A stretch of DNA of 64,000 bases from NCBI GenBank assembly GCA_963729715.1, contig CAVSPA010000005.1:96001-160000 (forward strand), given 5' to 3'. Origin of the DNA: an uncultured delta proteobacterium (GTDB lineage Bacteria > Desulfobacterota > Syntrophia > Syntrophales > UBA2185). The translations under genes and the position numbers were made by a program. Positions 32,060 through 43,292 of the stretch are shown piece by piece; within the stretch, counting starts at the first letter, position 1, and every line of letters begins with the position of its first letter. The notes beneath the pieces are model-generated. The model made no database searches and was not told where the DNA came from. It saw nothing but the letters and a program-made list of their open reading frames with translations.

Positions 32060-35000
32060 GGATAAGAGAACTTCAACTGCGTGCCTTTGGTCCCTTTACT
32101 AACATGACTCTTAACCTTGAAAAGGGCAATGAAGGGCTCCATATCCTTTACGGACCCAATGAGGCCGGAAAGAGTTCGGCCCTCCGTGCACTCAAAGCCC
32201 TGCTGTATGGGATTCCACACAACTCCACAGACAATTTCATCCACAACAACAAAGATATCAGAATCGGCGGTAGGCTTTCGAACTCTGATGGATCAGAATT
32301 GGCTTTTCTGAGGCGGAAAGGAAACAAGAACACGCTTCTTGACCTGGATGAAAAGGTCATCAATGATAGCATCCTGGATAAGTTTCTCCAGGGCGTTACC
32401 GAGGATGCCTTCAGTATACTTTTCGGCATCGACCATAAATCACTGGTAGTTGGTGGCCAGAATATCCTGCAGGGTGAAGGCGAGATAGGCCAGAGTCTCT
32501 TTTCGGCAAGTTCTGGTGGAGCAAACCTGCGCCAGATTCTGCAATCTTTCGAAACCGAAGCGGATGCCCTGTACAGGAGCAGGGGTCAGAATCAAATCAT
32601 CAATAAGGCGCTGACCCGGTATTACGAGCTTAAGAAGAAAATCTCCGAGCTGTCGTTTTCTAGCCGTGAATGGGCTGAAATGGATAAGGAACTCAAAAAG
32701 GCAATGACCGAGAGGACAACTCTGCAGAATGAGATGGACAAGCTTGCGGCAGAGGGAAATCGCCTGAGACGACTGCATGCTGTCATTCCTATGATCGGTA
32801 CTCGTAGGGAACTTGTTGCCAGACTTGAGAAGATTGGAGATGTTATCATCCTCCCTGATGATTTCACCAATAAGCGTCACGAAGCCCAGCAACAATTTAA
32901 TACAGCGCAGGAAATAAAGCGCCGGGCTGAGTTGGATCTGGAACGATTGAACGCGGATCTCAGTCTGATCGTGTTACCCCTCAAGATTCTTGACCAGGCA
33001 GAAGCCATCGAAAATATGCACCAGCGCTTAGGACAACATCGGAAGGCAACTACGGACCTCGGCACGCTTAAGGGCAGTCTTCAGCAAAACAAAATAGACG
33101 TGAAGAAATTAATGTTCGAATTTAGACCTGATCTTGACGTGGAGTCTGCCAGAAAAAAGAGGCCTAAATCAGCCGTCAAAACAAGAGTTCAAAAGCTTGG
33201 CAGCCAGCGGGAATCCCTTAAGGCGAGCCTCGATCGAGCCATGAAAGATGTCCGGGGAACCACACAGGCATTGAACAAATTGCTGGATGAGATGAATTCA
33301 CTTGAATCCCCGAAAGACGTGTTGAAGCTAAAGAAAGCACTCACCAAAGTTCAGAAGAGCGGGGACCTTACGACAAAATTAAAGGAGACAGTGAATGGCC
33401 TCAAGACCGAAGAAGCACAGATCAAGAATCAATTGAAACAACTTCCACTTTGGACACTTACATTCGAGGAATTGGGTGCTGTACCTGTACCATCATCAGA
33501 GACTATCAGTCGCTTTGAAGATGCATTTTCCGGCCTGGAAGTTCAACTCAAAAACATTGATGACCGTCTCGAAGGCGCTTATAGGGACCAGAAGGAGATT
33601 GAGCAGCAGATTGACGTTCTCAAGATTACTGGGGCTGTACCTACAGAGGAGGAGCTTGAAAGGGTAAGAGGTAAACGTCAGGAAGGATGGTCACTTGTTC
33701 GTCGCGTTTGGTTGAACAGGGAAGATGTCGAGGAAGAGATTCGCATGTTCGACCCCGAGCGGGATCTGGCGGAGGCATATGAGGTATCTGTTACTCAGGC
33801 AGATGATATTGCAGATAGGCTTCGTCGTGAGTCGACGAGGGTAGCTGATTATGCATCACTGCTGACACGTCTAACAAGGGTACAGGAAGATATCGAAAAG
33901 TGGAAAGCAGACCGGCATGAGGTAGAACAATCAGAGCAAAAATACTCGGACGAATGGAATAATACATGGAAGCCAGCAGGCATTAAGCCACTGACGCCTA
34001 GGGAAATGAGATCATGGCTCGATACATACGGTAAACTACTCCAACGGATAGACAAACTCGATGAATATAAAGCCGACATCTTGCTGACCAAGGATCTCAT
34101 AAAGGGACACCGGGTCGAATTAAACCAGTGTCTCGAAACTGTTGGCGAAGAACCATCACCTACGGAAGAGTCATTCAACGCGCTCGTTGAGAGATTCGAG
34201 ATGGTTCTCGAAACACTTGAGAAGATCAACCGGCGTAATGTCGAGCTTGAGAGGAAAATAGCCGACTCGAAGCTTGAACTCCAGCAGCATATGCAAACGA
34301 AAGAAGATACAGAGAAGAAGATCGAAGAATGGCAAGTTGATTGGGATAAATCAATGGAAGCACTCGGTTTAGCGCCCGGTATCTCCCCAGAAGAGGCATT
34401 TGTCATACTCTCAAAACTCGATGAGCTTTTCACAAAAATTGATGAGCAGGATTCTCTGAAGCAGCGAATATTAGGCATCGACTGGGACACCGAGGAGTTC
34501 ACCTCAATGGTCAAATCACTTGTTGAGCATGTGGCACCTGAGTTGTCTAATCTGCCGCCAGAACAGGCCGCAACCCAGTTGAACGCAGAGCTGGCTCGTG
34601 CCAGAACGGAATCGACTAAGCACGTGCAACTGACCAAGGAGGTCAAACAGAAAAAGAGAAGTCTTCACGAAGCGGAGAATGCCATTCTTCTGGCAACAGA
34701 GAAATTGAATAATCTTTGCGTACAAGCAGGATGTGCAAGCCACGACGAGTTGGAAATCCGTGAGAGGGATTCATCGAATTATCAGAATTTGAGAAAAGAG
34801 ATCGATTCTATCGAAAGGCAGATCATAGAGCTGAGCGGTGGGATAGGCCTACAGCAGATTTTGCAAGAGGCGGAGATGATCGACATAGATACGTTACACG
34901 CGCAGATCGATGCCATGGAAAACGAATTGGCGGAACTGAAGAAACAGCACAACGACCTCGGCGAGAAAATAGGAAGCTTAAGAAATGAATTAGGGCGCAT

Positions 35001-35559
35001 TGATGGTTCCTCAGCGGCGACGGCCGCAGCAGAGGAAGCACAGGAGTACCTCGCCAGCATCCGCGAAAGCGTGGATGATTATGTCAAGGTTCGCCTTGCC
35101 TCAATTGTTCTCAGACAAGCCATCGAGAATTACAGGGCAAAAAACCAAGGGCCGCTCTTGTCCAGAGCAAGTGAGCTTTTCTCAAGGCTTACATTGGGGT
35201 CATTCGCAGGCTTGAAAACAGATTACAATGCTTGTGACGAACCCATTCTCCAGGGTGTTCGGTCAAATGGTAATTCCGTTGATGTGTACGGTATGAGTGA
35301 TGGGACTATTGATCAGCTTTATCTTGCCTTGCGACTGGCAACAGTAGAAAAATATTTGGAAAGTAACGAGCCAATCCCCTTTATTGTGGATGATATCCTC
35401 ATCCGGTTTGACGATGACAGGGCCAAGGCAACCCTAATGGTGCTTGCCGATTTATCAAAAAAGACACAAGTCCTTTTCTTCACTCATCATACAAGGCTGG
35501 TTGAGCTCTCACAAGGGATGAAAAACGAATCCGGACTGTATGTCTATCAGATCAATTAA
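32056..35559 (+). CDS. YhaN-like Rad50/SbcC-type coiled-coil ATPase
   Basis: YGPNEAGKS, long coiled coil, MSDGTIDQLYLALRL, DDILIRFDD, FTHH. Confidence 0.93.
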   Translation: MRIRELQLRAFGPFTNMTLNLEKGNEGLHILYGPNEAGKSSALRALKALLYGIPHNSTDNFIHNNKDIRIGGRLSNSDGSELAFLRRKGNKNTLLDLDEKVINDSILDKFLQGVTEDAFSILFGIDHKSLVVGGQNILQGEGEIGQSLFSASSGGANLRQILQSFETEADALYRSRGQNQIINKALTRYYELKKKISELSFSSREWAEMDKELKKAMTERTTLQNEMDKLAAEGNRLRRLHAVIPMIGTRRELVARLEKIGDVIILPDDFTNKRHEAQQQFNTAQEIKRRAELDLERLNADLSLIVLPLKILDQAEAIENMHQRLGQHRKATTDLGTLKGSLQQNKIDVKKLMFEFRPDLDVESARKKRPKSAVKTRVQKLGSQRESLKASLDRAMKDVRGTTQALNKLLDEMNSLESPKDVLKLKKALTKVQKSGDLTTKLKETVNGLKTEEAQIKNQLKQLPLWTLTFEELGAVPVPSSETISRFEDAFSGLEVQLKNIDDRLEGAYRDQKEIEQQIDVLKITGAVPTEEELERVRGKRQEGWSLVRRVWLNREDVEEEIRMFDPERDLAEAYEVSVTQADDIADRLRRESTRVADYASLLTRLTRVQEDIEKWKADRHEVEQSEQKYSDEWNNTWKPAGIKPLTPREMRSWLDTYGKLLQRIDKLDEYKADILLTKDLIKGHRVELNQCLETVGEEPSPTEESFNALVERFEMVLETLEKINRRNVELERKIADSKLELQQHMQTKEDTEKKIEEWQVDWDKSMEALGLAPGISPEEAFVILSKLDELFTKIDEQDSLKQRILGIDWDTEEFTSMVKSLVEHVAPELSNLPPEQAATQLNAELARARTESTKHVQLTKEVKQKKRSLHEAENAILLATEKLNNLCVQAGCASHDELEIRERDSSNYQNLRKEIDSIERQIIELSGGIGLQQILQEAEMIDIDTLHAQIDAMENELAELKKQHNDLGEKIGSLRNELGRIDGSSAATAAAEEAQEYLASIRESVDDYVKVRLASIVLRQAIENYRAKNQGPLLSRASELFSRLTLGSFAGLKTDYNACDEPILQGVRSNGNSVDVYGMSDGTIDQLYLALRLATVEKYLESNEPIPFIVDDILIRFDDDRAKATLMVLADLSKKTQVLFFTHHTRLVELSQGMKNESGLYVYQIN

Positions 35560-35633
35560 CGCTCTTATCTTCTGTCCTACGATTACTCTATTTTCGTGGG
35601 TTGAAATACAAAGAAAATGTTCGTGTCCTTCCG

Positions 35634-35790
35634 GTAAGCATGCATGGAAAATAATGGCGAGGGGCAAACCATTGGTTGTGAAATGCGAAAGGAGGTAACC
35701 GATGAATCAGAAATCCATGCCCACTACAAGCTAACCCTTGAAGACGTGCATTATCGATTCGAGCAATGGCGTGAGGAAAAGATCAATGCA
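35634..35790 (+). pseudogene. Probable IS66 left-end remnant
   Basis: GTAAGC terminus, AGGAGG RBS, frameshifted fragment LTLEDVHYRFEQWRE resembling an IS66 small ORF. Confidence 0.45.
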
Positions 35791-35951
35791 TACGATAAGG
35801 TTCTTTGAGGGGTATCTTTAAGAGATCGTCAATTATCTTAAAAATAATCTGTCCTGACCTATATTTAATTTTACAGACACTGTCAAAACAGGTGCCTTTC
35901 AGGGCAAAAGATACATCACATTTCAAATTCCCAATCTCCTTTCCGTTATTT

Positions 35952-38540
35952 TTACCAAATAGACGTTATATTTTGCAGATCCAAGAAAGCCCCCAATGGC
36001 ACTGCATGCCAATATGAAGTATCGGAGCCATGTGTCAATAGAATCTGAGTTATTGTATTAGAACTCAACCCTCTGACAGGAATTAAATGATTGACAGGCA
36101 CTCTTACTTTGTGCCGTAACGCCTGTTCGGAATATCCTTCAGAAGATTTTTCACAATTTTTGTCAATCGTATCCGAGATTGTTTTCATATCCACGTATTT
36201 AATAAGGGAGACTAGTTCGTTGGCTTCAGCATATGCTGCCTCGGGGTCCTTAATATTTCTTACAGACATACAAATCCTACGATAAATATTTATGAATTCC
36301 TTAAAAACACGTTCTTCCTTAATTTGATAGCAAGACCTGGGGTCTAAACCCAAATGCATTGTGAGATGAAGGTTGTCGAGAGCCTTGACGACTTGAGCCC
36401 AAGGATTAACTTCGGAGTCACAAGGTCTTTTAAGTGCTGCCGATTGAAACTCTCTCCATCTATATTTTACATCAGTATATACGTATGAGCCAGTCGTTTG
36501 TGCCAAATACAACGCCATCTCCAGATTTCCACCCATTCGTAATATTTGGAGCTGCCCTCCATCTTTTCCAGGGATTTGCGGTTGCAAGGGTGCCAAGGGG
36601 TCAGCAAGTTTTTCTTCTTGGGCGTATTCTACGGCTTTTTCAATTTCTTCTTCGGAAATGTCAGGCATGGCACTTTTCATCTGATGCTTGAGACTTTCGC
36701 GAGGTAAGTTCAGCATGAATCTCCTGAAATCATCGCGCATCAGTTTGATGGCCAGCTCTGAGTCTTCTTTACTCGGTCCGCGGCCTTTCATCCTTGCTTC
36801 CGCCATTGTGTAAATTCGTTTTCGGAAATATGGATCGAAATCACAAGGATCGGGAATCATTTCGACTATATCAGCCTCTATAAGAGGCATTAGAAGCGTC
36901 ATAAGAAAAATGTTTTTTATCGTGTCGTTCCTATATTGAGAAGGAGAGTTAAATGGACTGTATTCTTGAGTCATAACTCTTGGATTCGGGAAAGGTGAAA
37001 TTATGATGATTTTATCAACATACAAAGAATAACCCACAATAGTGATAGGAACTATCCGCGGATCCATAGTTCCACTGTAAAAAGCGCTCAGTTTATCACT
37101 CGGCTTTGGAATCATACTCATTATTTCAGTATCCGGATTCCAGAGCCTCCCGACAACACGGTATAGTTCTTTTATTTTATCATCAGTGAGCTCTCTACGA
37201 AAATCATCCCAATTCTTGCCTTTTGAAAAGCCAAATATTTCCCAAATTGCATTAAATAAAATCTGGTTTCTATGTTTTATTGAATATTTTCGTACAGGAT
37301 CGTCACTGTCTTCTCGACTAGTATGCCTACGTCCAAATTCATCTTGATACCAAGCAAGTCCCCCGTCTTTGCTACCTACATAGATCTCTCCTCCAAAATG
37401 CCACATTTCTTTTTGGGGAGGCAATAGCACCTTGTGCAACGATTTCCATTCAGTTGGTTTAAGGCCTTGCTCTGGATAAAGCCATTCCCGTCGGGCAGCC
37501 GCAATATATTTCCGGGCTCTTTTTTTAACTATATAATTGATTGCACATACTTCTTCTGGTTTTAATCTCCTGTCTCTAACAACTATATCCCACCTTGTCA
37601 GGGTATTTGCAAAATACCTCGGATTAGTCCTGCTGCTTAGGGGATCTACTTCGTTTGGGTTACGAGCATATTCAAGGTTGGTGAGAATAAAGCAATGGTT
37701 AAGGTCCAAAGGAAAGATAGTTTGCGAAGCTTTCCATGCTGTGGGGGGATCATTCGGGTATCTGCATTTTTCTGAATCTGGGGCACACGCGAGATTGTAT
37801 ATTGTGACAGGATGATCTGAAATGATAAATTTTACATCTGAGTCTTCTGCGGATACTATTTCCATTACGCCCTCAACCCACATTGTGCAGTGCATCGTTC
37901 TAAGGAACTGCATTTCCAACATCAATTCTAAGTGGGAGAGTTGAAAATAGTTGGAGCGGATCCAATCAAGCCCTTTTGGCGTTCTAAGTTTCTGCGCATC
38001 CATGTAAACGAATATTTCTTGAAATAATTTAGATAAAATTTTGAAATCTTGGGCCACTAGAGCACGAATTGCCTCACGCCCATCATTATCTATCTTTCCA
38101 AATAGAAACTCTTCAATTTCTTCGTTCCTAATGCCGAAAAATTTAGTTGTATATAAATCTTTCTCGTAGAAACAATTCCCCGGACCCCATATATATAGGT
38201 CCTTAAGCTTAACTTGTCTTTTGTCAGAAAGCTCTTTGAAAGGTTGAAGATTTAGATAGTAGAGCGAAGTTTGCGCCGTTGGTAGGAAACCTTTTTGATA
38301 CCAGATGGGGACATAGTGATGTTTCCGTCTTTTGGGGCGCATATGAAGCATGGTAGGTGACAAGGTGTTCCGTTTTTCAAAAAAAATACCATTGCCGATA
38401 TTTCGCTCTACGAAGTGAGTTGGGGGTAATATATGGTCGGACGAAGTTGGTACTTGCGGTTTAGAAAGACAGCATTTCTTGTATTTTTTGCCGCTACCGC
38501 AAGGACAAGGATCGTTTCGACTAATTTTTCTTTTTTTCAT
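35952..38540 (-). CDS. SEC-C motif + DUF4238 domain protein with large C-terminal extension
   Basis: RNDPCPCGSGKKYKKCC; KHHYVP..YQKGF; FIISDHPV; IFPL. Confidence 0.85.
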   Translation of the reverse strand: MKKRKISRNDPCPCGSGKKYKKCCLSKPQVPTSSDHILPPTHFVERNIGNGIFFEKRNTLSPTMLHMRPKRRKHHYVPIWYQKGFLPTAQTSLYYLNLQPFKELSDKRQVKLKDLYIWGPGNCFYEKDLYTTKFFGIRNEEIEEFLFGKIDNDGREAIRALVAQDFKILSKLFQEIFVYMDAQKLRTPKGLDWIRSNYFQLSHLELMLEMQFLRTMHCTMWVEGVMEIVSAEDSDVKFIISDHPVTIYNLACAPDSEKCRYPNDPPTAWKASQTIFPLDLNHCFILTNLEYARNPNEVDPLSSRTNPRYFANTLTRWDIVVRDRRLKPEEVCAINYIVKKRARKYIAAARREWLYPEQGLKPTEWKSLHKVLLPPQKEMWHFGGEIYVGSKDGGLAWYQDEFGRRHTSREDSDDPVRKYSIKHRNQILFNAIWEIFGFSKGKNWDDFRRELTDDKIKELYRVVGRLWNPDTEIMSMIPKPSDKLSAFYSGTMDPRIVPITIVGYSLYVDKIIIISPFPNPRVMTQEYSPFNSPSQYRNDTIKNIFLMTLLMPLIEADIVEMIPDPCDFDPYFRKRIYTMAEARMKGRGPSKEDSELAIKLMRDDFRRFMLNLPRESLKHQMKSAMPDISEEEIEKAVEYAQEEKLADPLAPLQPQIPGKDGGQLQILRMGGNLEMALYLAQTTGSYVYTDVKYRWREFQSAALKRPCDSEVNPWAQVVKALDNLHLTMHLGLDPRSCYQIKEERVFKEFINIYRRICMSVRNIKDPEAAYAEANELVSLIKYVDMKTISDTIDKNCEKSSEGYSEQALRHKVRVPVNHLIPVRGLSSNTITQILLTHGSDTSYWHAVPLGAFLDLQNITSIW

Positions 38541-38815
38541 GAGAAAGTCTTTTTAGGACATTCTGAAAACTCCATGTGGACCCATGTAATTAGTGCATTT
38601 CTGCTGCTGGTAACACTTGTGAGTATTCCGACGCAAGCCGCCACCCGAATATGATTGAAAGCGCCACCCTAATATGATTCATTCCGCCACCCGAATATGA
38701 CGGAAAGCGCCACCCGATTCCGATCCAATCCGCCACCCCTGATGAAGGGATAAACGACGCTGGATAAATCCGATGAAAGCCGTTAGGACTCCTGACAAAA
38801 ACCCAGGAGGACACC

Positions 38816-40378
38816 GTGGCGGCAGAAAGGTTATCCATGCGCACCATAAAAGAAGTTCTACGATTGAAGTGGGAGAAAAAGTTCTCCAACCAGCAGATTT
38901 CACAAAGCTGCAATATCGCCCGGAGCACAATCAGGGGATACTTGGCACGCGCTCAAAACGCCGGTCTGAGTTGGCCTCTGAGCCCCGATCTCGATGACGG
39001 CTCCCTTGAAGCGCTGATGTTTCCGCCAGCACCAACAAAAGCCCCTGACAAGGGAGGACTACCCGCAATGGAGTACCTCCGTAAGGAGCTGAACCGCAAG
39101 GGGGTAACCCTATATCTTCTGTGGCTGGAATATAGAGCAGCCAACCCGGATGGGTATCAATACAGTCAGTTCTGTCTCCTTTATCGCCAGTGGACGGGCA
39201 AGCTGGATGTTTGCCTGCGCCAGACCCATCGGGCCGGGGAAAAGGTCTTTGTTGACTATGCCGGTCAGACGATCCCTGTTACGGATCCGGTTTCCGGGCA
39301 AATAAAAGAGGCGCATCTTTTTATCGCCGCCTTGGGCGCCAGCAGCTACACGTTTGCGTGGGCCTCTTTCTCGCAGGATCTTCCTTCCTGGGTCGATGCC
39401 CATATCCGGGCATTTAACTTCTTCGAGGGCGTCCCGGAGATCCTTGTTCCCGACAATCTCAAATCCGGCGTGAACAAACCCTGCACCTACGAACCGGACA
39501 TCAATCCGACCTATCATGATCTGGCGGAACATTATGGAGCGGTAGTCATTCCCACCCGCATCGCCAAACCGAAGGACAAGGCCAAAGCAGAATCGGCGGT
39601 TTTTGTGGCGGAACGGTGGATCTTGGCGGCGCTTCGGAACCACACTTTCTTCGGCATCGTGGAACTGAACCGGGCTATTGCCGAAAAGCTTCAGGACATG
39701 AACAGCCGCAAGTTCCAAAAGATGGACGGCACCCGGAGGAGTCTTTACGAAACCATTGACCGGCCAGCTTTGAAACCGCTGCCTTCTTCTCCTTATGAAT
39801 ATGCCGAATGGAAGAAGGCGAGAGTCAACATCGATTACCACATCGAGATCGACGGTCACTATTACAGTGTTCCCTATCAACTTGTAAAAGAACAGGTGGA
39901 GGTCCGCTTCACGGCGACCACCATCGAGGCGTTGTTCAAAAACCGTCGCGTCGCAACCCATCCGAGAAGTTACCACAGAGGTGCGCACACAACGCTGGCA
40001 GAACATATGCCCAAGGCACACCAAAAATATTTAGAATGGACTCCTTCCCGGATCATGGACTGGGCAGGTAAAAACGGTCCCAACACCCGTAATCTGGCTT
40101 CCTGCATCATGGAGAACCGTAAACATCCGGAGCAGGGTTTCCGCTCCTGTCTGGGCATCATGAGGCTGGTAAAGCGATACTCATCCGAGCGGGTGGAGGC
40201 AGCCTGTGGACGTTCCCTGCTGCTGAGGGCCTACAGTTACAAGAGCGTCGAATCGATCCTGAAAACCAACCTTGACAAACAGGAGTTGCCGGAATCCCTC
40301 TCTTCCGAAAAACCGATCCTCCATTACAACATCCGGGGAAGGGAATATTACCAGCAAGAGGAGGCTGTCGATGCTTGA
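38816..40378 (+). CDS. istA: IS21 transposase
   Basis: FVDYAG, PDNLKSGV, PKDKAKAE, YYSVP. Confidence 0.95.
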   Translation: MAAERLSMRTIKEVLRLKWEKKFSNQQISQSCNIARSTIRGYLARAQNAGLSWPLSPDLDDGSLEALMFPPAPTKAPDKGGLPAMEYLRKELNRKGVTLYLLWLEYRAANPDGYQYSQFCLLYRQWTGKLDVCLRQTHRAGEKVFVDYAGQTIPVTDPVSGQIKEAHLFIAALGASSYTFAWASFSQDLPSWVDAHIRAFNFFEGVPEILVPDNLKSGVNKPCTYEPDINPTYHDLAEHYGAVVIPTRIAKPKDKAKAESAVFVAERWILAALRNHTFFGIVELNRAIAEKLQDMNSRKFQKMDGTRRSLYETIDRPALKPLPSSPYEYAEWKKARVNIDYHIEIDGHYYSVPYQLVKEQVEVRFTATTIEALFKNRRVATHPRSYHRGAHTTLAEHMPKAHQKYLEWTPSRIMDWAGKNGPNTRNLASCIMENRKHPEQGFRSCLGIMRLVKRYSSERVEAACGRSLLLRAYSYKSVESILKTNLDKQELPESLSSEKPILHYNIRGREYYQQEEAVDA

Positions 40379-41114
40379 TCAACAGACCATAAACAAACTT
40401 TATGAACTGAAACTGACGGGCATGGCGGAGGCCTTCGCCGATCAGCAAAACCAGCCGGATATGGATAAGCTCTCCTTCGCAGAACGTTTCGGTCTTATTG
40501 TAGATCGTCAATGGACCTGGAAAGAAAACAACCGATTGGAACGATATCTGAAAAATGCCCGGATGAAACTCAATGCCTGCATTGAGGATATCGACTATAA
40601 AACCCCGCGGGGACTCGATCGCTCAGTTATGATGAGCCTCAGCTCCTGCGATTGGGTCAAACGACACCACAACATTATTATCACCGGCCCCACCGGTGCG
40701 GGAAAAACCTTCCTCGCCTGCGCTCTGACCAACAAGGCTTGTCGGGAAGGATACCGTGCTCTCTACGTCCGATCCCCCGCGTTCTCATACCAGATGGTCC
40801 TGGCCAGGGGAGACGGAAGCTACGGCAAGACCATCAACAAACTCGCCAAGGCCCATGTCCTGGTGATTGACGATCTCGGCCTTGCTCCCATGACCGATGC
40901 CGAACGAAGAGACCTCCTGGAGGTCGTTGAGGAAAGACATGGCCACGCCTCTACTATCGTCGCCAGTCAACTCCCCGTGGAGCACTGGCATGAACAGATC
41001 GGCGATCCCACCATCGCCGATGCTATCCTTGACCGGTTGATCCATAACGCCCATAAAATAAACCTGTCCATGAAAGGAGGCTCCCTGAGAAAAAAATATG
41101 CCGGCTTGACCTGA
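40371..41114 (+). CDS. istB: IS21 helper ATPase
   Basis: GPTGAGKT, LVIDDLG, ADAILDRL; ATG 40371 after GAGGAGG. Confidence 0.95.
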   Translation: MLDQQTINKLYELKLTGMAEAFADQQNQPDMDKLSFAERFGLIVDRQWTWKENNRLERYLKNARMKLNACIEDIDYKTPRGLDRSVMMSLSSCDWVKRHHNIIITGPTGAGKTFLACALTNKACREGYRALYVRSPAFSYQMVLARGDGSYGKTINKLAKAHVLVIDDLGLAPMTDAERRDLLEVVEERHGHASTIVASQLPVEHWHEQIGDPTIADAILDRLIHNAHKINLSMKGGSLRKKYAGLT

Positions 41115-41942
41115 AGAAGCTTCTATGAGAAAGAGCTAAAAACCAGCGTCGCTATGCTCCGACAAGGGGTGGCGGAATCAACCGGAACACCCTGGCGCTT
41201 TGAATCGGAACAGGGTGGCCGCTTCCTTCGGAATCGAGTGGCGGAATCATCGGAATAGGCAACTTGTACTTATTGCTTAGTTTTTATATCAGTCTATTAA
41301 GCTTATGGCTCTTTTTATTTATAAATTTTGGAATCCAATATTCATCTTTTGCGTGATATAAGAAGCGTGTAGCGTTTAAAGCTGTCCTTCGATTAATTTC
41401 CCTGATTGCTTGCTTATCTATGGGAGAATACCCTTTTTTTATATCTTTTCTCCAGGTAGCCCAGAGAACAATATGACTTGAAATTGGGAAAGTGACTTCT
41501 GACTCTGGCCTTCCGATTCCCATCCACGGGAAATAATAAACAGGATTGTCGCATGTCAAAAATACAGGAGCATCATCACACGTTAGAAAATGCCAAGTCA
41601 TTCGAAACAGCGCATTTATCGTGTTCGGACTTCTTTCTGGTGGTATCAATGATAACCAGAAATCTTTCGGAGGATTTTTCGAATACTCTTCTAAATTATT
41701 TTTTATTTCAGCCCTTCTTTTTTGGAGCAAATCTGTTTTATCTGGATGCTTATCGATTGAATTAGAAATTATTCTATCCCATTCCTCTTGCTGTTGTTGC
41801 GCGACACCAGGGGCCATTTCTTTCATCATGATCTTGCTTCGGGGAACCCGTTTAAGCATTACGACCATATAGGTCGCTAAGATTTCTTTATCTTGCTCTG
41901 TTATTTCTTTTTTGCCCCGAATTTTTTCGATTACCTTATTTG

Positions 41943-43292
41943 GGTACTGTCAATTTTATTGTGTAAATTTTTCATAGGCCACTTCTTGAAAGAATGGCAG
42001 GTTTTTTTGCACTTTTCCTACGGGGTTTGATCTCCAATGCAGTTCCATTTTTAGAGAGACAAAGGCCAGGAGACGATAGCAGGCAGACTCTCCGGCCAGT
42101 ATCTCCATGGATTTTGTTCTCCGTTTAAATTCCTTGTTCAACCGTTCAATGATATTTGAGGTTCTCAATGAAATCCACTCTTCCTTGGGGAAGTTGAAAA
42201 AAGACAAACAGGCGTCAATGGATCTCTCTAAACAACTTACGGCAGAAGGGATATCCTTCTCCCATTTCCTTTTGAAGATTTCAAAAGATTCCAGCGCCGT
42301 CTCCTTTGAAGAGGCATAGAAGATGGTTCTTACATCATTCGCCACGGCCTGTTTCAGTTTCTTAGGCACCTTGGCCAGAACATTCCGGGCAACATGGACC
42401 TGGCAGCGTTGGATCTTGGCTTTGGGAAACTCTTCTTCAAAGACAGATTCCAATCCCGATAAACCATCCATGATTCCCAGGGTAACTTTCTGGCCATCCA
42501 ATCCACGAACTTTTAAATCCTTGAAAAACTCTCTCCAGGAGGAAGCAGACTCTTTGTCCCCGGCCTGCAAACCTACAACCAGCTTGTGGCCTCTTTCTGT
42601 AACACCGATAGCCACCAGAACAGGTATTAACTCAATACTTCTTCCCACACGCATACGGAAAGTCACACCATCCACAAAGAGATATTTAATGGGTTCCTGA
42701 GATAGATCTCTCATCCTCCACTTCTCAACGGCCTCTGTCAGATCAGTATTTGCGTGGCTGATCTCTGTATGGGAAATACGCCGCCCGATCAATCTACGGG
42801 AGATCATGGAAAGGCTCCGGGTACTGATTCCCGTTAAAAACATCAGGCTTAAATCCCGGCTTATCTCTTCTTCGTACTGCTTGCTCCGGGGAATAACATT
42901 GGTCTTAAAATCACCCTCCCGGTCTCGGGGAATTTTGACCTTTACCTCCCCAATGTCTTTTAATGTGAAGTTACGATCATAGGTGCCATTGCGATGATTT
43001 ACCTCGCCATTACCACGTTCATAAGGTTCTCTCCCCAGAAAATGGGTGAGTTCCGCATTCATCAGCGCTGTCAGATATTGCCCAACGGTCTCTTTAATGT
43101 CCAATCGCACCATCTCAAAAAGTTGCTCCGGCTGCTCCTGAATCTCCTTGAAAATCTCCTTAACTTCGGCTACTGTAATCTCCAGTTTCATGGCGCTTTC
43201 TCCTTTCTCTCAGGTTTTGGGATAAACCCTTGTAAAGGAAAAGCGCCTTTTTTTCTACCATCATGAATTTACACAAAAGATTTTACACTACC
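41943..43292 (-). mobile_element. IS256-family element, 8-bp TSD CTTATTTG
   Basis: IRs GGTACTGTCAA...TGTGTAAAT and ATTTACACA...TTACACTACC; TSD at 41935-41942 and 43293-43300. Confidence 0.93.
41956..43191 (-). CDS. IS256 transposase
   Basis: RNG...PRDR, LFVDG, DGLSGL, QRCQVH, RTSNIIERLNKEFKRR. Confidence 0.95.
   Translation of the reverse strand: MKLEITVAEVKEIFKEIQEQPEQLFEMVRLDIKETVGQYLTALMNAELTHFLGREPYERGNGEVNHRNGTYDRNFTLKDIGEVKVKIPRDREGDFKTNVIPRSKQYEEEISRDLSLMFLTGISTRSLSMISRRLIGRRISHTEISHANTDLTEAVEKWRMRDLSQEPIKYLFVDGVTFRMRVGRSIELIPVLVAIGVTERGHKLVVGLQAGDKESASSWREFFKDLKVRGLDGQKVTLGIMDGLSGLESVFEEEFPKAKIQRCQVHVARNVLAKVPKKLKQAVANDVRTIFYASSKETALESFEIFKRKWEKDIPSAVSCLERSIDACLSFFNFPKEEWISLRTSNIIERLNKEFKRRTKSMEILAGESACYRLLAFVSLKMELHWRSNPVGKVQKNLPFFQEVAYEKFTQ

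Larger units (their letters stand above)
38620..41261 (+). mobile_element. IS21-family element, 5-bp TSD ACTTG
   Basis: Ends TGAGTATTCCG and CGGAATAGGCA, multiple subterminal repeats; ACTTG at 38615-38619 and 41262-41266. Confidence 0.93.
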
